A stretch of DNA of 33,654 nt, taken from positions 1-33,654 of the forward strand of contig RBNJ01000302.1 of NCBI GenBank assembly GCA_003990765.1. Reading direction: 5' to 3'. Below the pieces are notes generated by a model. That model saw only the letters and a list, made by a program, of their open reading frames with translations, was not told the origin of the DNA and did no database searches. Numbering within the stretch: position 1 is the stretch's first letter; every line of letters begins with the position of its first letter. Made by a program: the position numbers and the translations under genes. The DNA is from Jimgerdemannia flammicorona. Taxonomy: Eukaryota. This document shows positions 23,601 to 33,654 of the stretch, piece after piece.

Positions 23601-24425
23601 AATTAAGCTATTTTTGCTATTATCAACTCTAGAACCTCATACAACCTCCTAATTCTTGAGCTTATCTACCAGTTGTACTTCTTAATGGCCCAATATATAT
23701 TTCAACACTATGCAACATTTATCCCAACTATTGAGAATAGCATCACTAATGCTCTATCCTGTACTGATCTTCCTCATTTCTGTTATCTTGCTCCTTATGC
23801 TCAGATGTACCCAACAGTAACTGATTCAATCTCTATACTGCACTTCCTCTCATCATTATCTTCTTACAATGCATTTATATATTCATTGGGCCAATGAAAC
23901 TTTCTCCAATTCTGTGCCTTCTATGGTACTAACAATAATTCTAACAGCCCCTTGCTTATGTCCAAATTGATACTGATGTATGTACTAGATATACTCCCTT
24001 GTGGGATGACAGCTCCAACCATCCACTATCAAACAGTATCTCTCTCTAATCTGCTCACTCCATATTGACTCTAGTTTTGGTAACCCATTTCAAGACCTTC
24101 TCTAGCTTCCATAAGTCATGTGTAATATCAAATGTTAGCTTGGTATTTAGTCATTCCAACCCTGTCTTCTCATTATGCTTAATATTCTGCAATATCTCCT
24201 GGGCTTACTTTGTCTCTCCAACCATAATGATCTCATTCTGGCTACTACTATATAATTAGTCTATATTGGTTTTCTGTAATATAGTGAACTTATCTGAAGT
24301 AATCCATTTGATACATCCTATCAAATATTACAAAGCAGTATCATCTTCCACCTTAGTATTGCTGATCTCTCTCATATTGTCCTCACTCTTCTGGTCTCTA
24401 AGATAGACTCTTTTCATCAAAGTAT
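20660..24425 (+). mobile_element. Degenerate Ngaro/DIRS-order tyrosine-recombinase retrotransposon, 3'-truncated within YR
   Basis: Cys/His gag end ~21965-22105; RT IHDLSWP...INKGI, SKVDLADVY*...D*ELLGFEW, LFNLFAELL; RH LWIDASSSLGF...MDN*A...NSITNALS; YR GFL*YSEL...LTLLVSKIDSFHQ (GFLRCGE...SKTDPFRQG relic). Confidence 0.88.
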
Positions 24426-24469
24426 CTGGCAAAGAATGTTGATTTCTATCTTAAAATATATAGTATCCT

Positions 24470-27400
24470 TTATCAGTGGCAAGCAAATTACCTTATTAGA
24501 TTATGATCTTATTATACTGCTATTTAAAGAGAGAAAGTGCTGGCCAAGAGGTGAGAGAATAGAATAGTGGCCAATTATCTTTAATGACATTTTCTAACTC
24601 TTGAACAGCTTGAAGGAAGACTTAAGACTGGTAGATTCTTTGTTATTCTTCTTCTTGGAAATTATCAGTTTGGATATCTTGTAGTACTATGATATTTTTG
24701 ATAGCAGAGTCTTGATGTTCTTCTTTTTCTTAGATAGAAGCTTCTGGGACTTCTTGGTTCAGTTTTCATACATGGTAATATGACATATAACTAACAGGGT
24801 AATAGGTGATCATGGTAGCTCCTGCCTCTTACTTTGATGATAATAGATGATCCTTCAAATATTTCTATAAGACTCATTAAATAATATTGATAATTGTTTC
24901 AGAGTGAGGTAATATAAAAGCCTGGCAGAGTGGTTCAGTTTGAGTTTGTTGACTTCCTACAGTAATACATTTCCTCTCAATATAATTGACAACTTCAGCT
25001 TCCATCCAATTGACTTCTTCAGTAGTGAGGTAGACTAGGTTTCTAGTAGTAACTTCTTGTAAATAAGATATAGCCCAGGGTATATAGCAGAAGATTTGGT
25101 GGACATGAAGAGCTCTCTTGATCAGCAAGTTAGTGGTTAATAGTTCTACAATGAGGTCTTCCTAGTCATCTTCTTAGGCTTCATTACAGAGATGGTGTCT
25201 AATTTTATAGTCATACCAGAGGATCATTCAGTCAGTAGTATTCTTGAGCTACTGGATCATTATATAGTAGTAGTTGATGAAATGTCCAAAGTCTTCAGTA
25301 TAGAAGTTCAGATGCTCAGTTGTATCAGGGCACCAGATAGCTATTTTAATATCTTCAAGAACAAGACTCTTTTGACTTAATAAAGGAGTACTATAGTAGG
25401 AGGTCTGATTGGAGCAATAGGAAGGAGGCATTATATTCTTATTTTTTCTGATTCTTCTTGATACACTAGATCTAGGTTCTTTAAAGAATATAGCCTTCAC
25501 TTTAGCTCTGATTATCATTGCTCCTTTTGGTTAGTTATCTGATTGGTTGGGTGTATTATTAGACAGTATTATTTGATTATTATGACATAAGATTGGAGTT
25601 GTTATCTGATCAAGTTGATCATAAGATCTGTCATCATTGCTTCCATATTTCAGTATTGTCAGTTATACATATGTATGTATCATATCTGCTTCTTGCAAAA
25701 TTAGAGCTGTCCTTAGTAGTGATAGTTATATAGGTTTAGGTAGTCTTAACTCTAGAGACAAGCAGAATGTTAGTATATTTGCAACCACTGACCATTCTTG
25801 TCTAGGGCAAGGGCTCTCATTGTCATGGCTGGGGGTTTGAATATCTCAGAAATAATATTTTCTATAATTCAAGACAATTTTTAGTAGCAATATCTATTAT
25901 GTAGATGAGCTTGAGAATAGTTCCAACAGTATTGGCTTTTTGAGTTTTAGATAAAGTTTCTATTATTCTCCAATGAAGGTGATACATATAGATAAAGTGA
26001 ACAGAGTTGTACAAATTTGATTTACTTCTCTTGAGTAGTAGGGTTTTATACAGTTGTAGTATGTATATCTTAGTCTTGAGTAAAAGTCCATCCATTGTCT
26101 TGAGCTAATAGGTGTGATTTGTGAACACTGGGTGTGTAAGATAAGGTTCTTCCCAATTTGGTTCAAGTTTGATACTCTAGTTTCCTTCTATAATGATACA
26201 GTATACCAAGACTTATTGTTCAATAAGTAGGAGTTCAAGGACAGCTTTGTGGTCATTATACTTCTTTATCATTCTTGTACTTTGATAATGAATCCTTATA
26301 TCTGTTGGCATACTTTGTATAACTGAGTAATCTCTATAGTAACTCATTTTGTCAAATTTAGCAAGATTGGTTTAGTGGAATCCTGTGCTTCTCAACCATA
26401 CATCAGATAGAAAGGGGTTTGTCAAGTAGTAGTTTCTTTTGAAGTTTGAATGCTGAACAAGATTGCTAGAAGATAGATGTCTCAGTTAAGTTGATCAGAT
26501 TCTACTGAGATCTTGATTGTCTGGTTTATTTACTCAGTGAGTCTATTTACCTGAGGGTGATATACTGTTGTCAGCTATAACTTGATCTTAAAGTTACTTG
26601 TAAAGGTTTTTATGGCTTTGTTGATAAATTTCCAGTCTTGATCTTTGATGATTTCCTTGGATACACTAAAATGGCTGAAAATTTCATTATTCAGAATTCC
26701 AATAATTATCTGGACATTAGTAGTATCAATGGTGAAGACTTCAGGCTATTTTGTCAGGTGATCTTCAATGGTGAGAATGTAGTGTCTTTCTTGGCTAATT
26801 ATTAAAAGGGGTTCAATAATGTCTATTCCTAGTCTTTGAAAGGCTCCAGCTAGTACTGTGATCAGTATTTAGAGTTCTTTGTCACTTGGCTTTTATCAGT
26901 ATCTTTGGTAGATATCTCATTGTTAAATGTGTATTGAAATTTGTTTTCTCATTTTGGGTCATCTATATCACTTCTTGATTCTTGCAATAGTGTTACCAAT
27001 ATCTTGATGTGCATTCTGATCATAGTTTGTTATCAGGATTTTAGATATTTTTTCTTCTCTTAGGATATGGATATACTAATCTCTTTCTACTCTCTAAAGT
27101 TTGCCATTGCTTTTCTGAAATTTTTTAAATTTCTTTGGATGAATAGCTTATAAGTTGGCTGAATTTCTTTCTTGAAGCTTCTGTGGTGCAGACTCTAGGT
27201 GAGGGTGAGGCATAATTCTTAGTATATTTGGGAGAGTGGAAAGTAACCTTCTCTTTTGGAGACTTCTTCCCTTCTTATTGATTCTGTGGGATTCTTGACA
27301 GAGTATTGATATTGGGATTCTTGGCACCTTACTTATAGACAATAGTGAACTAGTATTCTTGCAAGGATGTAATATACCTAGTAAAGATTCCTGAAGGTTC

Positions 27401-27614
27401 TGGCTTATTGAATGACCATTATAGGGCTTGATGGTCTGTGATGAGAGCAAATCTCTTTCTCAGAAAATAGTGTCAAAAATGGTCTACTACTCATACTATT
27501 GATAGAAATTCCAACTTTGTGGCTCCATAGTTTACTTGTCATTCATTTGTAGCTTTGCTAGCATATTCAATAACATGCTCTCTCTTTTGGTCATCTTGCT
27601 GAAACAGAATTATT
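24470..27614 (-). mobile_element. Second, different gypsy fragment: RNase H, integrase and long 3' coding region; no LTR or RT seen
   Basis: EHVIEYASKATNE*QVNYGATKLEFL...LITDHQAL; TTVYHPQVNRL; KLEPNWEEPY. Confidence 0.85.
24877..25431 (-). pseudogene. ORF3-like accessory region of the second gypsy
   Basis: ORFs 25249..25518 and 24877..25128 are one frame; SLVLEDIK...ILWYDYKIRHHL...RALHVHQIFCYIPWAISYLQEVTTRNLVYLT aligns by eye to 5564-6112. Confidence 0.55.
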
Positions 27615-28801
27615 AAATAGGTTTAATTGCTATTTATAATATTACTAATGACTGATACTAGAAGTAGTATATAAAGGAATATTTATAGAAACGTATTCTT
27701 CATAGTATTCTTATCTGTTTATATCTGAGTTTCTGAGGTCTGAGAGAGGGGATATTTATATGAATAGGAGGTCTGGACTATACTAAATATGGATATAGCA
27801 CTTTAGTACTTAATGAGTCAGAATGTAGTCATATAGTACAAGTTTGAATTGATATGTCAAGGATTAACTAATTGATGAGTCAATATATAGTAATATATAT
27901 AATATAGATCTAACCAAATTGTACTAATGCCTGCTAAGCTATTTATAGGTTGAGATATTATCAATAATATTATCTTTGATAAAGTAGTTATTTAGAAATA
28001 TTGGTTTTTGAATTACATCTCTTTGTTTATTTATATAGTAATATGTTTGAACCAGATCACTATCTTACAGAATGATATTATTTATCTTTTATACTGGATA
28101 TATTATTAGTGAGCAGATAAGGAATCATCACTTTCATCAGATTTACCTGTCAGTATATCTTTGGTCTATTAAGAAATACTACTAAGATCATTATACTAGA
28201 AATCACATACTTTTAGAGATAGATTATAATACTATATAATATAAAGTTGTGGTAAGCTGGTACTTGTTCTTTATATCACTCATACTTAGGAGATGGAGTT
28301 GATAGTTCTATCTTAAGAGTTGTCTAGAGATACAGGTTATATTCTTTAGTCTCTACATTATAGTTGAAGTAGTTGGACATAAATACAGATTGATACTTAC
28401 ATTAGTAGTCATTATCTCAATAGGTTTTGTAGGCAGTTATAAACTATTATAAGTTCATCAGCAAGGTTGGCAGAGTGATCAGTATTGGCAGAGATTCTTG
28501 ACTGGAGGTCACATTAGTATCAGAGAGATTATTGTCTTCTGCTTTATTATTGCCAAACTGGATTATATCATAGATATCTTTTATACTATATTTAACTTAA
28601 GATATTTACAGAATATGGTCATTTAGATATGGAAATGGTTTAGGCATACTTGATATATTTGTAGTTATATTCTTATATTATGTTATTGATTTGACTATAG
28701 GTCAGAGTGGTAACCATTTCAGTAGTAAAACTTAGAGATGAGAAATAAAGATACTGTACTCATAAAAGAGCTCTCAGTATTTACAGGTGATGAGTTTCTA
28801 C

Positions 28802-29225
28802 TAATGCTCCCAAACAAGTCGAATCAATTCAAATTTAATTGAATTGAGGGTTAAACAAGTCGAATTGAATTGGGGATTTTTCAATTCAAATCAATTCGAA
28901 TCAAATCAAAAGTTGAATCGAATTGAGGGTCTGATTTGAACCCTAATTTTCAAAATGCAATAACTCAGCATAAACTCATCCAAATCTAATGTACTTTAGC
29001 TTGTTAGAATCACATTAATATGGTAAATATAACAAGCTAAAATACATTAAATTTAGATGAGTTTTCATCAAGTCATTATATTTTGAAAATTAAAGTTTGA
29101 ATCAAACTTTGAATTGAATTGGACCTTTGATTTGATTCAAATTGAATCAAATTGGACCCTTGATTTGATCGAATCAAATTGAGTTTGGGCCAAATTTGAT
29201 TTGATTTAATTTGTTGGAAGCACTA
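28802..29225. mobile_element. hAT-type MITE (424 bp)
   Basis: TIRs TAATGCTCCCAAACAA / TTGTTGGAAGCACTA; 8-bp flanks GTTTCTAC (28794-28801) and GTTTCTAG (29226-29233); subterminal TYGAA pentamer arrays and palindromic core. Confidence 0.85.
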
Positions 29226-30199
29226 GTTTCTAGTATTGAGATATTTCAGTAATATCTATATTATAGTAGTGGTTAATTATATCTTCTAGAAGATGACTAA
29301 TCTAATAATAGCTTGAGATTTGTCTGATTCAGTAAGCATCCTTAAGAATATTCAAGAAATTCCATTGGGGCTTTTATGAAGTAGAGAAGTACTAAGCTAT
29401 GAATATTTATAAGGGATAGGTACTATAGCTTAGTTGATAATAGCATTTTAAATATCAGTACAGATATAGTTGTAGACTTCAGTAGTTATATCTGGGTATA
29501 TATTTGAGAATTGTAGTTGAGGATTATAGTTCTTCATTTTAATATATTATATATTTAGTATATATGCTTTTAGTTCTGATTGGTATGTAAGATTTTATTT
29601 TTGTATATCTTATATTCTATAAATTCAAGTTGACTCAGCTTTACAATCTGTATCTTTGATTTAACTCAGCTTTATGATCTTATATGTGATTTTTGGATTT
29701 TTTCTGAGAGTGACATGTAATTTTGATAACTTAGAGATTATATACTTATAGTATATATCTCAATAACTTCCTAATCTGAAAAGATTTTATAGTATATATT
29801 GCAGTACTTTTCTCTGTATAGAGTCTTTATCATTAGAGAGTTTGTCATACTTATTTTAAATCTTTTTTATTCTTAGCTCAGATAACTCTGGCTTATTTAG
29901 TAGATAATTTTCAACTAGCTAAGTTGAAAAATATTTTCTTTAAACTAGAGAGATAGATGACAATTATGCTAACTACTACATTTTTACTAACTGAGATACA
30001 GAGAATATTTCAATTAGTATTTCTATATAAAATTCTTGATTTTTCTTTTTCTTAAACTATATATTATATAAATAACTATATATTATTTTTTTATATTCCA
30101 GAGTCTGTACATTTTGTTATAATATCTAAGAAATATGTACTAGCTAGCTTTAGACTTGAACTTATATTGATTGATATTACTTTTGTCAAAATTGAATAT

Positions 30200-30630
30200 T
30201 ATAATGTGCCTGGCTCAATGGAGGCAAATTACAAGGTTGGGGATTGATGTAGTTTGACTTGAGCCCCCAGTTACTTTGTCAAAAAGCAACAAAATATTCT
30301 ATGGTTCCTGAGGTCCTTGGTGTTTAGTGGTATAATAGTCAAAGGCAGGATATTTGTGAGCAATTTCCTTATTGGGATAGTTCTCTGGGTGTAGCAGCAA
30401 TTTGTGTGTGAATGAGTTTCCTTCTTGGGTCAACTGGGAATGCCACAATTTTGTGTAGGGAGGCAATTCCAAAAGTGTGCAATTTCTGGGTGACGGTCTG
30501 GCAATTTAGCAGTTCTCCTTCTTGGGTGATGGGCGATCTCTGTGTAGCATGACGATCTCCAAAAGTATGCAATTTCTGGCAGATAACTCGATTTGGCTCA
30601 CTAGGAATAGAGGATGGCACGGATTCTTCT
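30200..30630 (-). repeat. Truncated LTR (U5-end portion) of the dUTPase-gypsy family
   Basis: TATAATGTGCCTGGCTCAATGG... similar to the first ~430 bp of the LTR at 4214, then similarity stops. Confidence 0.9.
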
Positions 30631-31427
30631 TAGTATTTTTCAGTCTTATCTGATTTAGTTAGTACACCCTCTATACAAGTATGTTATAGTTTAGCCAAAT
30701 ATTGAATAGCCCTCCTATTACCTAAATATTCTTTGCTAGCAGCACAAAACAAGAGTATTCCAACCTTACTCTATTAGTATAGTCTTTACTACTGATGTAC
30801 TGCTACTGGTAAACCAATAGTATATCCAGACCTTACTACTAGGATATAGCAGAAATATGTTTAAATACCCTCAAAAACTAGAGTGAAAAAATCTCAGTTA
30901 GATAGTTTGAAGTAAAAAGGATTTACAGAGAAATATACTGCCTCTAAGAGTTAAGAGATTACTCTTGCTACCTTGGAAATTGATATAAAAATTATTATGA
31001 AACTTAAGATATAAACTGCTATCATTATGAAAATTGTCACAAAAAGATACAAGTCAATCAGTTAAGAAATACCACTATAGAAATTAGATATAAGATTTTA
31101 GACCATATAAAATTTGAGATACAAGATTGCTAACTTACCAGAAAACTTTGCTAAGAACATCAGGATAACTATCAGTATGTCAGAATCTATAACACATATA
31201 CTTTCACCTTCTGTACTTCTAAATGTCTAGTTATGTAACTAATGACTCATAATATGTAAACTTCAATGACATGCAAACTCCAACTTGATGTAAATAAGAA
31301 ATACAAATAAATCAAAGAGTAGTTGAACTTAACATTGAGCTAGAATATTATCAGATAAAAAGATAAACAATATAAAAGATAACTAAGTGAAATATTAAGT
31401 AGTATATTCTGCAAGCAGAATATATAT

Positions 31428-32622
31428 TGTAACAGACCAAAACATACTACCTGAATTATAACTTAGCCAGATGATGCGAACAATTAGCATACTTACTCAG
31501 CATGATGTGACTTCCAGTATATCATAGTTACTCATGCCTGCCACACTTATAATTAGCCAAGATACCAGATCAGGATTGTTTACTCATATCCTGCAGACAC
31601 ACTCATGTCCTGCAGACACACTCATGTCCTGTGGACACACTCATGTCCTGCAGACACACTCATGTCCTGTGGACACACCTGTACCCAGAGGACACACCCA
31701 AACATTACTGAAGATAGCAAATCTATAGTTAGCCACATAGTAACCAGATAGCAACCAACTTGTATAAATTACCCCAGAGATGAGAGTGAATAAAAAACCT
31801 CAGTCCGAATTGAAGTGCAAACCAAAGAAGCCTCTAAAGATTGAGCAATTGGTCCCCTTATTCTCACTCTGGTCTACTTTTCGATACAAAGAAGAGTTTG
31901 TTACGTTTTTGGTTCACTTACCAGATAAGCCTGAAGATTTGCCACCTAAGTTCAAGGAGAACTTTGCTGCCTTTTGAAGAACCTGCTGCTTAAAGGAATA
32001 AGCCATGCTATTGGTATGCTTGCCAGATAAGCCTGAAGAACCCTACCCTCCACCTTCTCAAGAAAGCTGCCTTGCTCAAGCCAGTTTCTGACGCAACTTC
32101 GCAGTGATCTGTTCATACAAACGAAGCCAGTCTTTGTGACGCAACTTTGCCAAGAGACCCTTTCCAAGCCACCATCCCATTTCCCAGAAGAATCCTGCCG
32201 ATTCAGGAAGAATCCGTGTCATCTGCCATTTTTGAGTTAGCCACATTTCCAGTCGAAGCCACTGATTCAGGAAGAATCCACGCCATCGTATTCCCAGTTG
32301 AAGCCACTGATTTAGAAGAATCTGCACCATCTGAGTTAATTCCCAGTTAAGCTGCCATTTTCAAGAAGCCCGCCGATTCAGGAGAATCTGTGTCATCCGC
32401 CATTTCCAAGTTATCTGCTATATTCCCAGTTAAAGCCAAAACCGCGATATCTGAGTTATTCATCATTCCCGGTGAGCCCAAGTTATCGAGTTATCTGCCA
32501 CCCGAGTTATTCCCTGAGAACCCCGCCATTTCAGGAAGAATCCATACCATACAATTCCCAGTGAGCCAAATCAAGTCATCCGCCAGAAATCGCATACTTT
32601 TGGAGATCATCGCGCTACATAG
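31428..32622 (+). repeat. LTR of the same family in opposite orientation, interrupted at 32622
   Basis: Starts TGTAACAGACCAAAACATAC, the reverse complement of the end at 14492; no PPT before it, so 5' or solo LTR. Confidence 0.92.
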
Positions 32623-33654
32623 TGTAACGTGCCGGCTCAATGGAGACAAATTACAAGGTTGGGGGTTGATGTAGTTTGGCTTGAGCCCCCAGTTACTTTG
32701 TTAAAAGCAACAAAATGTTCTTGGTGTTTAGCGGTATAATAGTCAAAACTGGGTGTCTGCGAGTGGTTTCCTTATTGGGACTGTTCTCTGGGTGTAGCGG
32801 TGGTTTGTATGTCTTTTCCTTCTTGGGTCAGCTGGGAATGGCACAATTTCTGTGTAGCGCGATGATCTCCTTGTGCGTGACGGTCTGGCAATTTAGCGGT
32901 TCTCCTTCTTGGGTGACAGTCTCTGATTTCTGCGTGACGATCTCTTGTGTAGCGCGACGATTTCTGTGTAGCGCGGCGGGTTCCTTATGCGGGGCGTTCT
33001 GATAATTTGGCGGATAACTCGATTTGGTACGGATTCTCCAAAAGCGGCGGGCTTCACTGGGAATTGTATGGCGTGGATTCTTCCGTAACAGGCTCACTGG
33101 GAATGTAGATAACTTGGGAATGGCGGATGATGCAGATTTGGCGGGCTTCTTGAAAACGGTGGCTTAACTGGGAATTAACTCAGATGGCGCAGATTTGGCT
33201 TTAACTGGGAATACGGTGGATAACTCAAAAGCGGCAGGCTTCTAACTGGGAAACGGCGGTGAAGTTCTTCCTTGAATTTGGGCGGCAAACTTCAGGCTTA
33301 TCTGGCAAGCGTACCAATAGTTCCAAAGGCGGCGAAGTTCTTCACTCGAACTTGGTGGCAAAATCAGCTTTGTATCGGAAAGTGGACCGGAGTGGAAGAG
33401 AAGAGAACCAAGCTCACAACTTCTTGGCAGTGGCTCGTTGGCAGGCATATCTCCTAAGTGTTGCAATCCTTCCTAGATCAAGTGGCTTTTGGCAGGCGTT
33501 TCTCCTAAGTGTACCAGACAATTGACTTTTGCTTTGGTTTGTATTCAACTTTCGGACTGAGGTTTTATTCACTCTCGCCACTGGGGTAATTTATACAAGT
33601 TGGTTGCTATCTGGTTACTATGTGGCTAATTATACATTTGCTATCTTTGGTAAT
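32623..33654 (-). repeat. Younger, CpG-richer LTR of the same family nested in the previous LTR; runs off the window
   Basis: Starts TGTAACGTGCCGGCTCAATGG; broadly collinear with 4214-5270. Confidence 0.92.

Noticed and set aside
30631..31427. Possible RT relic between LTR fragments
   Set aside because: Too eroded; no diagnostic motif recovered.
32147..32622. Nearly open ~160-codon frame within the LTR (FPVEATD repeats)
   Set aside because: Built from short LTR motifs; indels between LTR copies include a 35-nt block, so no frame constraint.

Overview
Eukaryotic, very probably fungal DNA; the Crinkler-type gene and element families suggest an early-diverging lineage such as Mucoromycota/Glomeromycota (inference). 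Two CpG-rich islands (about 1-3230 and 18600-20650) sit in a nest of C-to-T-eroded transposons. Left end: a Crinkler-like SAM + P-loop NTPase + restriction-endonuclease-fold gene with one frameshift and a probable microexon array. A decayed Ty1/copia (minus strand) is split by a full-length 10.3 kb Ty3/gypsy element (4214-14492, minus, ~1.35 kb LTRs, GTAT target duplication, tRNA-Pro PBS) with an unusual layout: Gag-PR-Cys/His clusters-dUTPase-dUTPase-like-RT-RH-IN plus a third ORF. All four LTR copies that include the U5 end carry a 58-nt hairpin reproducing the primer tRNA's acceptor stem and C-CCA end. Further right: ~290-bp tandem repeats, a tRNA-like cloverleaf, a truncated Ngaro/DIRS tyrosine-recombinase retroelement, a second gypsy fragment with an apparent homologue of the third ORF, a hAT-type MITE and nested LTR copies. 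All calls are from manual reading and translation; domain boundaries are approximate.
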